NCBI RefSeq assembly: GCF_902713615.1
Contig: NC_052160.1
Location: 141,030,737-141,094,736, forward strand
Origin: Scyliorhinus canicula
Taxonomy: Eukaryota
Length of the DNA: 64,000 nt
Reading direction: 5' to 3'
This document shows, one piece after another, positions 46,211 through 59,859 of this stretch (the stretch's first letter is position 1; the number at the start of each line of letters is the position of its first letter). The notes below the pieces were generated by a model. The model had not been told where the DNA came from. It worked only from the letters and a program-made list of their open reading frames with translations, and did not search any database. Both the position numbers and the translations under genes were made by a program.

Positions 46211-47239
46211 CATCCTATGTGTCTATGTATAGTTTACCTTTGCTTGTTACCAATAAACCCTCGTTCCGTTACACTGGAGGTCTACCTGGTATTGCATCGA
46301 GCCACCACAGAAAGCTAAAAACTGTACTGATAGGGAAAATCACCCAGCCAAAAATACCCTCCCACTCACTAAAAGAATAAATATATATTCGTATGAATCA
46401 GACTGACTTTCTAAAATTACATCTGCGTAATTCTCGCTCGGATTGCAGCCCAGTGAGTTTACAAAATAGGATATTGCTATTTTCCTATGCCTGGGAGCCT
46501 CGTGGAGAAAATCCTGGCCCTCGAACAGGTTTGTCACCAACAGGTCCTCTGCGCCCTCTTCAGGACAGACCAAGGTGGTGCGATGGTGCTGAGGAAAAGG
46601 TTCTCTGGTGGGCTGTACCAGCTCTCAGCCCAATATGTCGCCTCTTCCACTCAGTACTTCCAAAAAAAAAATATTCTCCCTTTGTTTCTATTTGCAAGAC
46701 ACCGACACGAACAGACAGGTTGAGGAAAACGCAGCCTCTGTGACCACCCACAGTGCAATTTGCCAAGTATGCCACCAGAAATTCCTGTTTGCTGCTGCCA
46801 CACATAAACATTCTAACAGGAAAGAACTGGGAAATAATTTATTTGGAACTCTCCGAACGTTTGCCTCAGCATGAGTGAAAGATGGGGTGGGGGGGGGGAT
46901 GCTGTTTTGGCATACGTGAGTGAAAATGGGGTGAGAGATCTATCTGCTGCAATTCATGACTGAGAGCCCCAGTATGGAATTGAAATACAGTGAGGGCTGT
47001 AACGCAATACATGGCTGAAAATAGGGGGAGTGTTGTATGGCTGTGCTTGACTGGAAATGGAGAGGGTTGTCCTGCAATGCATAACTAAAGAGACAGAGAG
47101 GGTTGTATTGGAATGGCTGAATAGAGATTGCATCGCAGTACATGACTGGATATACAGAGAGAGATGTGTTGAAATTCAGGACTGGAAATTCAGGAAGAGC
47201 GGTATTGTAGAATGTGATTGACCCCCAGGGCAAATCTAG

Positions 47240-47715
47240 GAACAGAGGATTTAAGGGCAGAAGTACAACTTCAATCCTGCTGTAAGTCGATCAGATCATG
47301 GCTGATCTGTTTGTGGTCTCTATTCCACTTTCCTGTCTTCTCCCCCTATAAACCTTGACTCCCTTGTCTATGTAACTCAGCCTTGAATAAATCCAATTAC
47401 CCAGCTGCAGATACTTTCTGGGGAAAATAATTCTACATCCTAATGACTGACTCGCTGAGGGAGAAAACAAAAATCCTCCTTAAAAGGGAGGCCTTAAACG
47501 CTGTCCCTTAGTTCTAATCTCCCGCACAAGTGTATACACTCTATCAAATATCCTGAGGATCCTATACGTTGCAATAAGATCACCTCTCATTCTTCAAAAC
47601 TCCAATGGCTACAGGCCTAGCCTGCTCAATCTTTCTTCTTAGGATAAGAAATTCACCCCAGGCATGAGTCAAGTTAACCTTCTCTGAACTGCTTTGAATG
47701 CAATTATATCCTTTT
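47240..47715 (-). mobile_element. Degenerate CR1 3' end
   Basis: GATCATGGCTGATC and AGATCACCTCTCATTCTTC motifs shared with other CR1 copies. Confidence 0.7.
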
Positions 47716-48340
47716 TCTTTTTGGTAAACATGTTTATTTGCATTTTTTCATAATAATCGACGCAAAGCAGAACAAAAGAATTCAAAAATTCACAGGCAGA
47801 TAGAAAAGTTTTTTAAAAATGCATAATGGACTTGAATACCAAAACTACCCCAAACCCCCAGCAACTGACTGTGACTAACTCTTTAAAAAAGGAAATACAT
47901 GGCTGCCAACTTGGACAGAACATCTCCACTGACCCACTGATGGCGAATTTGACTTTATCCAAGCGTAGGAAGACATGAAGTCACCCAAACAAGCAGAGGC
48001 ACTGGGCAGAACGGGAGATCTCCAACCGAGCAATATTCGCCTGCGAGCTATCAGTGAGGCAAGGGCGACAACATTCACCTCTACCCCAAACTGAATCACC
48101 AGCAAATCTGACACCCCAAATATGGCCACCATCGGACACAGGTCTAAATCCACATGGAGTATCTCTGACATGGTAATAAAGAATGAAGCCCAGAAATCTA
48201 CAAGTTTGGGTCAGGACCAGAACATATGCATATGGCCAGTAGCCGGGCCAAGAGATCTCCTGCAAAAAAACCAACATTGGCGTTTAAGCACTTTACATGG
48301 GCAAATGCCCTCAACCTCTTCACTGGGCCATTCAAACCTC
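47715..48340 (-). mobile_element. L1/Tx1-group LINE 3' end
   Basis: VAIFGVSD..ASLIARRRILLGWRS ORF2 C-terminus and A-rich tail. Confidence 0.7.
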
Positions 48341-49005
48341 TAATGCTTCAGGTGACCAAACGGATTGGAGGTCTCCCACCACCCCCCACCCTTAATCTAG
48401 AGTCAGCCATTCCCACCAAGAGTGATCAACCAAGGGACGCTGAGAAGGTAAAGCAAACCGATTCACCCAAGATGGCCACCAAGCCAAGTCAGGAAACTGG
48501 ACAAAGAGAAACCAACAGACACCGTCAGCCAACTACCCCCACCCCCAACCCCCACCCCCAACTATTGCCACCCCCAACCCCCTCCCCCACCCCCAACTTC
48601 CCCCACCCCAACCCCCTAGCAAAATCCCCATCACCATTCAATGTGACCACACCCAAAAGCAAATAAAAGCGAGGCAAATAAGGACTTATTCTAAAACTAA
48701 AGCCTACATTTAACAAAACCAAACAAAACAAAACTATACGCTAAGTCTCTACAAAAGTACGATAATGAGCTGCAGTGAACCCTCCAATGTTACTAGCTAG
48801 CTTTCTCTCATGCTCTACTTTCTCCCTCTTCATTATATTTTTATTATTCTTTACTCGTTCTTAAAATCTGTTCAATCTTCTGACCTACCACTAATGTTTG
48901 CAGATTTGTGCAGTGCTTCTTTCAATTTGGTACTGTTATGATCCCAGTTGACGTTATAACTGGACGGGAAGATCCCAGAATGAAACTCTTGTCTCAAAAG
49001 ACCAT

Positions 49006-49176
49006 GGGCTGGATTCTCCGTCCCACCGCGCCACATTTCTGTTTCACCCCGCCGGGGGAATGCTCCGTTACGACGGCTGGTCATTGGAGTTTCCCATTGT
49101 GAGGCAGTCCCGAGCCGTCAGGAAACCCCCGGACTGCCAGCAAAACGGAACATCCCGCCAGCAGAGAATCCAGCCC
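49006..49176. mobile_element. 171-bp Harbinger-type MITE
   Basis: TIR GGGCTGGATTCTC / GAGAATCCAGCCC, 3-bp TSD CAT. Relatives at 56326-56520 and about 3010-3160. Confidence 0.88.
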
Positions 49177-49323
49177 CATAACTTTTACCTTTTGTTATAA
49201 GACCTGGAGGAACAGAATCACAGGACCGCTAATTAGTTTTAACAACAAGAAAACAATCATTAAATATGAAAAATCAGGATAGTTTTTCCAAATGACACCA
49301 ATCCACTTTTAACATCAAATCCA

Positions 49324-49530
49324 GAGGTGCAATGGTTAGCACCGCTACCTCACGATGCTGAGGATCCAGGTTCGACCGCGGCTCCGGGTCACTGTCCCTG
49401 TGGAATTTGCACATTCTCCCCATGTCTGCGTGGGTCTCACCCCCACAACCCAAATATGTGTAGGATTGGCCACGCTAAATTGCCCTTAATTGGAAAAAAA
49501 AGAATTGGGTACTCTGAATTTATAAAAAAA
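49324..49530 (+). mobile_element. A-tailed short V-type SINE
   Basis: Same subtype as 2688 and 59612. Confidence 0.75.
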
Positions 49531-49794
49531 TATATGACTAGTTGGATTATTATACAGTACTTATTTACTCCCCCCCTTAGCTTAACAAATACACACAGAT
49601 TTTATGATTAACATGGATTAAAAAGTACATCTTAAGATACAATGGTCTCATTAACACAAAGTCCCTTTTAAGCACACAGATTGCTGTGGTCAAATACACA
49701 CACTCCACTCTGAACGCAAGTTAGTCTATGTTTTTTTCCCTCAGAATTCCCCCAGATGATTTTCATGTGAGAGTTTCCAAACTCTCCAAACTTT

Positions 49795-50140
49795 GGGGCA
49801 GCAGGGTAGCATGGTGGTTAGCATAAATGCTTCACAGCTCCAGGGTCCCAGGTTCGATTCCCGGCTGGGTCACTGTCTGTGTGGAGTCTGCACGTCCTCC
49901 CCCTGTGTGCGTGGGTTTCCTCCGGGTGCTCCGGTTTCCTCCCACAGTCCAAAGATGTGCGGGTTAGGTGGATTGGCCATGCTAAATTGCCCGTAGTGTC
50001 CTACAAAAAGTAAGGTTAAGGGGGGGTTGTTGGGTTACGGGTATAGGGTGGATACGTGGGTTTGAGTAGGGTGATCATGGCTCGGCACAACATTGAGGGC
50101 GGAAGGGCCTTTTCTGTGCTGTACTGTTCTATGTTCTATG
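49795..50140 (+). mobile_element. V-type SINE with GGCACAACAT..TTCTATG CR1 tail variant
   Basis: Head and core shared with other copies, tail like 43455-43500. Confidence 0.85.
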
Positions 50141-50179
50141 TCCACTCCCAAAAACACACTTTAAAATTTTCTCTCATAT

Positions 50180-50354
50180 AATAATAATAATCGCTTATTG
50201 CCACAAGTAGGCTTCAATGAAGTTACTGTGAAAAGCCCCTAGATGCCGCATTCCAGAACCTGTTCGGGGAGGCTGGTACGGGAATTGAACCCACGTAGCT
50301 GGCATTGTTCTGTATTACAAGCCAGCTGCTTAGCCCACTGTGCTAAACCAGCCC
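50180..50354 (-). mobile_element. Short tRNA SINE lacking the V core (second copy about 53550-53710)
   Basis: Different tRNA head fused to the same tail as 5692 and 21052. Confidence 0.75.
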
Positions 50355-50384
50355 TGTATATGCTTTCCCTAGCAGTTTCCCTGC

Positions 50385-51375
50385 GTACTTAGCCCCCTAC
50401 TCTACTCCCTGTACACACACGACTGCATGGCAAAACTTGGTTCCAACTCCATCTACAGGTTTGCTGACGATACGACCATAGTGGGCCGGATCTCGAATAA
50501 CGACGAGTCCGAATACAGGAGGGAGATAGAGAACCTAGTGGAGTGGTGCAACGACAACAATCTCTCCCTTAATGCCAGCAAAACTAAAGAGCTGGTCATC
50601 GACTTCAGGAAGCAAAGTACTGTGCACACCCCTGTCAGCATCAACGGAGCCATGGTAGAGATGGCGAGCAGTTTCAAATTCCTAGGGGTGCACATCACCA
50701 AAAATCTATCCTGGTCCACTCATGTCGACGCTATCACCAAGAAAGCACAACAGCGCCTTTACTTCCTCAGGAAACTAAGGAAATTTGGCATGTCCACATT
50801 AACCCTTACCAACTTTTACAGATGCACTATAGAGAGCATCCTCTCGGGCTGCATCACAGCCTGGTATGGCAACTGCTCGGCCCAGGACCGCAAGGAACTT
50901 CAGAGAGTCGTGAACACCACCCAGTCCATCACACGAACCTGCCTCCCATCCATTGATTCCATCTACACCTCCCGCTGCCGGGGGAAAGCAGGCAGCATAA
51001 TCAAGGATCCCTCCCACCCGGCTTACTCACTTTTCCAACTTCTTCCATCGGGCAGGAGATTCAGAAGTCTGAGAACACGGACGAACAGACTCAAAAACAG
51101 CTTCTTCCCCACTCTCACCAGACTCCTAAATGACCCTCTTATGGACTGTCCTCACTAACACTACACCCATGTCTGCTTCATCCGATGCCAATGCTTATGT
51201 AGTATATTGTATATATTGTGTTGCCCTATTATGTATTCTCATGTATTTTCTTGAATTCTGATCAATTCCCTTTTCTTCCCATGTACTGAATGATCTGTTG
51301 AGCTGCTTGCAGAAAAATACTTTTCACTGTACCTCGGTACACGTGACAATAAACAAATCCAATCCAATCCAATCC
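50385..51375 (+). mobile_element. 5'-truncated Rex1/Babar LINE with open RT C-terminus (50427-51158)
   Basis: FADDTTIVGRISNNDESEYRREI..KTKELVIDFRK..KKAQQRLYFLRKL. Ends in AATAAA and a (CAATC)n tail. Confidence 0.9.
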
Positions 51376-52149
51376 AGTTTGCATTCCAAATTCCTGACAG
51401 TTTTTCCAAATTTTACACCGCTCCACTGTTAAAATCAAATCCAGTCCAGGATTTTACACCAATGCTTTAGGATTTGTTGGCTTGATCGCTATATAAACTG
51501 TTGCTTCAACTCTAGATTCCCAGACTGTACTAAATTTGCATCAAATGTTTAATTTACCTCTCATGTCTGCTGTCCCACTTTAAATCTAGTTACTGCAATT
51601 GTCTCTGCAAGACAGGACACTTTGTTTACCCTTCCTTGAAATCTTCTGAACAATACCTCAGTCTCTGTTCACTAAACCTCAGTCGTCTTAAACATTCTTC
51701 CTATCCCAATTCCCTGGTTATCTGGACAATAACTTGCCTCTTTGCAACTCCTGTCCTGTCCAGTCTTTCTTCTGGCAGAGTTGAGGGATTTTCACTCCCC
51801 TATGTCCCGTACCTAACTGCAATCTATCCAGCTAAATCTAAAACTGAAAAACTTTTTTTTTACCTTAAAAGGGCCTCCAGGTGCTAAGCAATGTCCAGAT
51901 ACCCCGCTGCCTATTTATTCTTTACATCACAACCCTTTCTAAGCACAATAGAAACATAGTTGGAATGAAACCAACCCCACACAGACAAACACCTTTTTCC
52001 AGCATGAATCTAACTGTAGATTTTACTCTTCCATGGACAGAAACATTACATGAAACACGCTATGCCTTATTTCTAATGTTTACCAATACAAATATAAATC
52101 CCTTAAAACTACCTTTGGTTTCCCAACAGTACAATCTTTAACCTCCATA

Positions 52150-53230
52150 TTTATCAATAGATTATGCATTCTTTTCAAAGAACCTTTCTTCCTCAGCAGG
52201 TAAATCTTGGCTGAGAATGATTAAATATCTCCTTAAAAGTTTGCCATTGCCTCTCTACTTTCCTACTTTTTAACCTATTTTCCCAGTTTCCATGCACCAA
52301 CTCTGCCTTTGTCCCTTATAAATAATTTTATTTAGGTTCAGAACACTAGTCTTAACTCAAACTTCTCCCCTCAAAGGGAGTGAGAAATTCTATCATGCTA
52401 TGGTTGCTGTCACCTCAAGGCTCTTTTAAGCTGAGGTTATTGATTAATTTTATCTCATTTCTCATTACCAGGTCAGGAACAGCCTGCTCGCTGGTTGGCA
52501 CCAGGTCTTTAAGAAATTATCCCCCATGTACTTTATGAACTCATTGTCAAGGTTACCTTTGCCAAACTGATTCACCCAATCAACTTGTAGATTAAAATCA
52601 CCCTTGATTATTGCAGTATCTTTCTCACATGCCCCATTAATTTCTTCCTGTATACTCTATCCTACAGTGGAACTACTGTTAGGGAGACCATAAACTACTC
52701 TCACAAGTGAATCCCACCTTCTCTATTTCTTATTTCTGCCAAAATTGATTCTACATCTTGCTCTTTTGAGCTAAGGTCATTTCTCAATACCGTGCTAATT
52801 ACATTCTTTTTTTAAAAACCTGGGTTGTGGGGGTGAAACCCACGCAGACACGGGGAGAATGTGCAAACTCCACACGGACAGCGACCCAGGGCCGGGATTC
52901 GAACCCGGGTCCTCAGCGCCGTAGGCAGCAATGCTAACCACTGTGCCACCGTGCTGCTCCTAATTATGTTCTTAATAAACAGAGCTACCTCACTACCTTT
53001 TCTTAACTGCCTGTCTTTTTGAAAAGTCAAATACCCTTCAATAATCAGCTCCCAGCCTTGGCCACCTTACAACCACCTTACAGGTCATACATTCTTATTT
53101 CTATCCTTACTCACTATTCATCCATTTTGTTATGAATGCTGCGCGAATTCTGATACAAAGCCTTTAACTCTGTCTTTTTACCATTTTCGCAATCTGCGCA
53201 GATGCACTCTTAAATTTGTTAGCTCTCTCC
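52150..53230 (-). mobile_element. Degenerate CR1-like endonuclease region with nested SINE (52806-52958)
   Basis: FQKDRQLRKGSEVALFIK motif and GDFN-like motif on the minus strand. Confidence 0.6.
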
Positions 53231-53231
53231 T

Positions 53232-53528
53232 GGCACGGTGGCACTACTGCCTCAGAAACCCAGGTTTGATTCCGGCCTTGGGTCACTGTCTGTGTGGAGT
53301 TTGCACGTTCTCCCCGTGTCTGCGTGGGTTTCCTCCGGGTGTCCCAGTTTCCTCCCACAATCCAAAGATGTGCAGGTTCGGTGGATTGGATACGGTAAAT
53401 TGTCCCTTGGTGGTGTTACAGGGATAGGTTGGGGGATTGGACCTAGGTTGGATGCTCTTTCAAGAGGGTCGGTGCAGACCCAATGGGCCAAATGGCCTCC
53501 TTCTGCACTGTATGGATTCTAGGATTCT
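53232..53528 (+). mobile_element. HE1/V-type SINE
   Basis: Core and tail. Confidence 0.8.
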
Positions 53529-54544
53529 TCCTGCCACATTCTGCTTATGAAAGTCGCTTATTTTCACAAGTCGGCTTCAAATGAAGTTACTATGAAAAGC
53601 CCCTAGTCGCCACATTCCGGTGCCTGTTCGGGGAGGCTGGTACGGGAATTGAACCGTGCTGCTGGCCTGCCTTAAAGGCCAGCTATTTAGCATTGTATTA
53701 AACCAGCCCCTAATATCATAGAGTCATAGAGGCTTACAGCATGAAAACAGGCCCTTCGGCCCAACGTCCATGCCGCCCAGTATTTACCGCTATGCTAGTC
53801 CCAGTTGCCCACATTTGGCCCATAATCCTCGAAACACAGTTTCCCTATATAACTTCTAAATACTTTTTAAAAGACAAAATTGTACCCACCTCGAGTACTG
53901 CTCGTTCCAGACACTCACCACCCTCTGTATGAAAACATTGCCCCTCTAGACTCTTTTATATCTCTCCCCTCTCACCTTAAACCTACGCCCTCTGGGTTTT
54001 GACTCCCCCACTTTACTCTACCCTACTCTATGACTTTGTTGTTTTCCTCTGATTACACACTTCTTCTCACATGATCCCTTTCTGCCACTTTAGTTTAAAG
54101 CCTCCCTATCGCCCTAGTTAACGTGACTCGCCAGAACTCTGGTCCCAGCCCAGTTCAGGTGAAGACCATCCCAACAGTACAGCTCCCAATTTCCCTAGTT
54201 TGGGTGCCAGTTCTTCTTGTATCGAAACTCATTTATTGCACACCAATCTTTGACCCATGCATTAATCTCTCTAATCCTTTTTGCCCTATGCTAATTTGCT
54301 TTTGGCTCAGATAATAATCTAGTGATTATTGCCTCTACCTTTTTAATTTAGTCAGTAGCTGCTCACACCTCCCATGCCCTTTCCTGTCCTATCTACAACA
54401 TCATTGGAACCCAGGAGGACCGCGGCAACTTGCCCCCTACTCAGTGTGCATTCCGGTCCCCTGAGCAGCCTCCACAACTATGTTTTAAGAACATTATTGA
54501 ATCACAGGAGAGAGGAGAATTGTTGCATCTGAAAAGATCAAACT

Positions 54545-55525
54545 AATTTGTCTATAAGATTATGAGTGGCATGGACAGAGTGGATAGTCAGATGCTCTTT
54601 CCTCGGGTGGGAGAGTCAGGTACTAGGGGACATAGGTTTAAAGTGCATGGGGACAAGTTTAGAACAGATGTGCGAGGCAGATTTTTTACACAGAGGGTGG
54701 GAAATATATGGGTGGGATTCTCTGATCCAGGAGCTAAGTGTTGACACTGTTGTAAATGCAGGAGCGTTTTACAACGGCGTCATCTGGCCCCGATGCACAG
54801 GAGGCCAGCACGGTACTGGAGAGCCACATGCTGCTCCAGCTGCCGATACGGGCATCAGAACGGGTGCCACGGGTCTGCGCATGCACGCTACGACCAGCGC
54901 GAGTTCGCGCATGCGCATGGGTTGCCGTCTCCACGCCCGCCCCGGCGGAGAGTTACAGGGGCCCGCCGCGGAGGAACATAGGCCCCCACCGGGATAAGCC
55001 CGATCGGTAGGCCCTGATCGCGGGCCAGGCCACCGTGGAGGCCCCCCCCAGAGTCGGATCCCCCCTCCCTCCCTCCCACCAGGCTGCCCCATGCAACATG
55101 AATGCCGAGGTCCCACCGAGTAGGACCATACGAGAGCGGCGCCAGGAGGACTCGGCCTAACTCGGAGGGCACTCAGCTCCTCGCGTGGGGAGAATCGCTG
55201 GGGGGTGGGGGGGGGGGGGGGGGTGGGGGGGTGCCGCCGGCGGGGGGGCCCCGTGAATCGCGCCCCCCCCCCCCCCCCCCCCCCAGCGATTCTCCGACCC
55301 GGCGTGGGGTCGGCGAATCGTGCCCACGGAACGCGCTGGCTGGGGAGGTGGTGGGAGCAGGTACGATATTTAAAGGGCTTCTAGACAAATATATGAATAG
55401 GGTGGGAATGGAAGGATACGGTCTCTGTAAGTGCAGACGGTTTGAGTTTAGGCAGTTACCATGGTCGAAGCCGACTTGGAGGGCCGAAGGGCCTGTTCCT
55501 GTGCTGTATTGTTCTTTGTTCTTTG
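54545..55525 (+). mobile_element. CR1 3' end interrupted by a Harbinger-type MITE (about 54710-55325)
   Basis: TRGHRFKV..RFFTQRV resumes after the MITE. TIRs GGGTGGGATTCTC / GCGAATCGTGCCC. Confidence 0.85.
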
Positions 55526-56325
55526 TTAATTGTATCACAGTCCATGCCATAAAGGAAAGAGAGCAATATATTGCAATAGCTGACTGAACCCTGGGGTAAT
55601 GTGGTGTTGCAACTTAAGACAACTGGAGATTTCTGTGTCTCGGCACATGACTAACAAAAGTGCAGGAAGTTATACATCAGTGCAAGCTTGTAAATGCAAG
55701 GATCACAAAATAATAGATTTGGATAGTTCTCACAAAGGTAATCAGCTGCCTGATGTAACCTTAAAGTATACTTTTCCAACTCTGCTGTGGAGGCCATGTT
55801 ATTTTTAATGTTAAAATGCTGAATTTGTAGCCCAGACCCTGGTAACTGTTGCAACGAGAGTAGAGTTTTAGGGAGGTCAGCAAGTGTGCAGGAAGTTACA
55901 GTTGCAGTCAATGCACAATCAGCAAATTAAGAACTGAGTTCGGAAAGAGATTACATGACTAGAAAAAAACCTCAAAATTAAGCCAACAATGTCAGCACAG
56001 AATAGCAGCACGGCACTTGTGTCTGTGTGCGGACATAGAAAGGAAGTGCAATAGATACTGAAAATACTAATAAGTCGTTCTTGAAAAAACTTAGTGTATT
56101 GGATTGTTTAAAAATGATAGGAATGTGTTACACAGTGCTGAGGTAAATCTGTGTCACAGCGCAGCAAAATCACAGAATGACACATAATATGTTGCAACAT
56201 AGAAGGAGATCATTCAGCCCAAGGAGCCTCTGCATTTAATACACTCTTAATGCATTTTATGGACGACCACTCTTTTAACATGAAGAAAATAAAGAACGTT
56301 CATTGTCACGTCTGACAAAACGTAT

Positions 56326-56520
56326 GGGGCGGGAGTCTTCGTTCCGCCAGCCCCGTTTTCCAGCGCAGCGCTCCCCCACCGGCAGTGGGATTCTCCGTCC
56401 CGCCCCGCCAGCCGGCCAGTGGCGTTTCCCACTGTGGCCACCCGCACCTCCGCCGGGAAACCCCCGGGCCTGGTTGCGATGGCGGCGAAGCGGAGGATCC
56501 CGCCGAGGGAGAATCCCGCT
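56326..56520. mobile_element. Short Harbinger-type MITE
   Basis: Colinear with 49006-49176, degenerate TIRs. Confidence 0.7.
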
Positions 56521-58039
56521 GCTGAGGTTTGCTACAAAACAAAATAATGGTTCAGTTTTTTAAAATACCGACACAGAAAATATCAGCTGCCCAATTGTAG
56601 AGCGCCTTGGAAGAAATGGCCAATGAGACCCTTGTGTACCTGTGACTCTCTGCCTGCATTGGCTAATCAAGTTCGCTGCTCCTCCTCTTGTTGCTACAGT
56701 ACATGCGACTAGAGTCACTAGGCCACGCTCTCAGGCAGAAAACTCCACTATACGATTCACTTCTGGAGCTGCTACGTCAACTGCTTTGAATCTTCCTCTT
56801 GGTTAACACCACAAGGAGTTCAGTGTTGACTCTTCAGTTTCTTTCACTTCTCATTAGCCTTTGACCAAGTTCTTAACAAGTTAGGTTAGCCCTTGCTTTC
56901 AAATGACCTTTCGTAATCCAGCTGTCTGAGGGTCAGAGAGGCAAATGCAGCCAACTGGTTGTCCGCTGGCATTTCCTGGCCATCCTGATCCTTGCCTATT
57001 TTTTCCCCACTAAAATTAACAAATGGGATAAAATATGAGGCAACGTCCGTCAGCCTGCTTTCTCAAGAAACACACCCGTTCCAACCTCAATGCCCTTCCC
57101 TGTAACCTAATCCACAGCCCACAGTGAACAAGTGCTTTGCTGGGACCTTGGAAATTGGGATCAGTATTTATTACCACGGCATTTTTACAAATTCCAACCA
57201 CACGCTTCGATAAACTTCAGAAAACAAGCTTATTTTACGGAGAAGTAACACAAACGCATCAAAAATAAGCAGTATTTTTTTTAATCCCTCGAAATAAATG
57301 AACTCCTCCAACTTAAAAGTCCTCCCCATCTCATTTCACGTTGATTTGCAAAACGTGCTGCATTGTTGGTCATGCAGAGGTTAGTGCCAGATGCAATGAG
57401 GTGTTAAATTTATAATCGTTATATATTTATGTTTGCTGGCATGGTAGCTGATCCTAAAGCTGGCCTATAATATGAGATATTGTGTGCAAATTGCAAGAGG
57501 TCAGAGATTGCATCTCTGCTTTCATAGAACCTGCCCAAATAAATTACTAGGAACACAGGAAACCTACTAAAATATGTCAACAGCGAAGCGATGAGTCTTT
57601 CTGCAGAAAAATGTGGTTTGTAATGCTTCATCAGTGCAACATATATTTGCTTATTGCATATCTGACTTCAAGCCAACCATGGGCACAGGACTGACACCCT
57701 TAACAATACAGAAACTGAGAGACACACCCATACTGTACCAGCTGTGAAGCTTTGGACCTGGCTCGAAGTTTCTGGAATCTCAAATCAACCAAATTCCGAC
57801 ACATTCGCATTTGATAACTTTTAAGATAACTCATTTACTGCAGATTTTGGAGATGTGCTTCTCATATGGCAATACACAGGGTCTAATGAACGCACTTCCA
57901 TCGATCAAATGCGATACTTTGGGGAAATTAACCAAATGTCCAAGTTTATTTATTCGTCTATGAAATGTTGCTGATTTGGGATTATATAAGCCTGACTTCC
58001 TATTTACCTGCGTATACCTTTGGTTGTCAATAGAGTCGT

Positions 58040-58366
58040 AGATTCATAGAACATACTGTGCAGAAGGAGACCATTTGGCCCACCGAGTCTGCACTGGCTC
58101 TTAAGCCCACACCTCCACCCTTTCCCCGTAACCCTGTAACCCCACCCAACATTTTTGGACACTATGGTCAATTTAGTATGGCCAATCCACCTAACCTGCA
58201 CACCGTTGGACTGGTGGGAGGAAACCGGAGCACCCGGAGGAAACCCACGCAGTCACGGGCCGAGCGTGCAGACTCCGCACGGGCAGTGACCCAAGCCGAG
58301 AATCGAACCTGGGACCTCGGAGCTGTGAAGCAACCGTGCTAACCACTGTGCTACCGGTGCTTGCCC
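58040..58366 (-). mobile_element. HE1/V-type SINE
   Basis: Reverse complement of head, core and tail. Confidence 0.85.
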
Positions 58367-58971
58367 ATATTCATAGATCTTGTTGTTATGATGTCTTTAC
58401 ACCAGGAAAAGCAGATTGTTCCACGCCTCCAAAGCCCATGGAACTCAATTAACAAACTAGAAATAGGAAATGGTAAGGCTCGATAGTGGCAACTTACTTG
58501 GGCTTCAATCTCTGCTAAGATCAACGTGGTCCATTGCTCACATTTTGGATATCACTTCACAAAATAATGTCAAGTTCTCTTTTTTTTTGCAAAATAAATG
58601 AATTTACAGTTTCAATAAATAATATTTGAAAGCTGTATTTATTGCACTCTGAAAGAGGTACTATCCCTCCAATGCCACTACATCTTTTCTTAGGTAAAAG
58701 AAATTCTACCTTGGTGATCCTTAATGCAAGGGCAGCAGAGACAAATCCCACGCCATAGTTTGGCATATTCACTCCCACTCTATTCTCTTAAATGATCCCT
58801 GCTTTAATATGGCGACCATAACTTTGTGGAGTCACTGGCCTCTTCATTAAGAGTGCCTGATGTAGAATTTTCAATAAAAGTAAACACTTAGTTTGAACTA
58901 ATGTAAATGTTGCCATCCAGTCAGAATATCCAGAGTAAACACGCAGGTGAAATATGCAAAAAAAATTACAA

Positions 58972-59330
58972 AGGGCGGGACGATGGGATAGTGGTTAGCA
59001 CTGCTGCCTCACAGTGCCAGAGTTCAATTCCGGGCTTGGGTCACTGTCTGTGTGGAGTTTGCCTGTTCTCTCTGTGTCTGCGTGGGTTCCTCCGGGTACT
59101 CCGGTTTCCTCCCACAGTCCAAAGATGTGCAGTTAGGTGGATTGGCCATCCTCAATTGTCCTTTAGTGTCCAGGGATGTGCAGGTTAGGTGGGGCTACAG
59201 GGATAGGGTGGGGAGTGGGCCCAGATGGGGGATAGGCTGGGGAGTGGGCATCGATGGGGTGCCCATTCAGAGGGTCGGTGCAGACCTGATGGGCCGAATG
59301 GCCTCCTTCTGCACTGCAGGATTTCTATGA
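58972..59330 (+). mobile_element. HE1/V-type SINE
   Basis: Head, core and tail. Confidence 0.85.
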
Positions 59331-59611
59331 AATTCAAAATTGGTATCGATTAATAAATCAAAGGTGAATCCAGACTTCATCTTGTTTCAAAATTATCGAC
59401 ATAAACACATTTCTATTATATACATATTTTTCTTTCCATTTTTTAAAGGAGAAAACTTTACTGGGACTGATCAAATGATATGTAAGGTGTAGTTGACTTG
59501 GTAGCTCAATACTTAGCAGGCACTTGGGCCAACTATTCCTAGTTGCCCTTTGACACTTTGCTCAATTTTATTCTACCATTCACACATTCTAATCTCTTTA
59601 TGTGCCAAATT

Positions 59612-59839
59612 TTTTTTTTAAATTTAGAGTACCCAATAATTTTTTCCAATTAAGGGGCAATTTAGCTTGGCCAATCCACCTCTAACCTGCACATCTTTTG
59701 GGTTGTGGGGGTGAAACCCACGCTGACACGGGGAGAATGTGCAAACTCCACACGGACAGTGACCCAGGGCCGGGATTCGAACCCGGGTCCTCAGCGCCGT
59801 AGGCAGCAATGCCAACCACTGTGCCACCGTGCTGCCCCG
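59612..59839 (-). mobile_element. A-tailed short V-type SINE with 15-bp TSD
   Basis: TTTATGTGCCAAATT at 59597-59611 and 59840-59854. Confidence 0.9.
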
Positions 59840-59859
59840 TTTATGTGCCAAATTGAGCA

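Larger units (their letters stand above)
43955..46310 (+). mobile_element. Degenerate Mag-like Gypsy (gag remnant, PPT, interrupted 3' LTR)
   Basis: AKHCEFGTALSNMLRDSLVCGIN and CLRCNRKGHIQAGC. G-rich PPT near 44845. LTR-like end with AATAAA...CCACCACA at about 46250-46310. Confidence 0.65.

Noticed and set aside
46340-46874. Overlapping ORFs and an acceptor-like TTTGTTTCTATTTGCAAG near 46698
   Set aside because: No recognisable protein in any frame and weak splice signals.
49193-52130. Possible long solo LTR fragmented by SINE and Rex1 insertions
   Set aside because: TG..CA-like ends, but no matching TSD and no second copy in the window.
56580-56780. Paired CCAAT boxes suggesting a host promoter
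   Set aside because: No CpG island or downstream exon evidence, and the motifs are too short.
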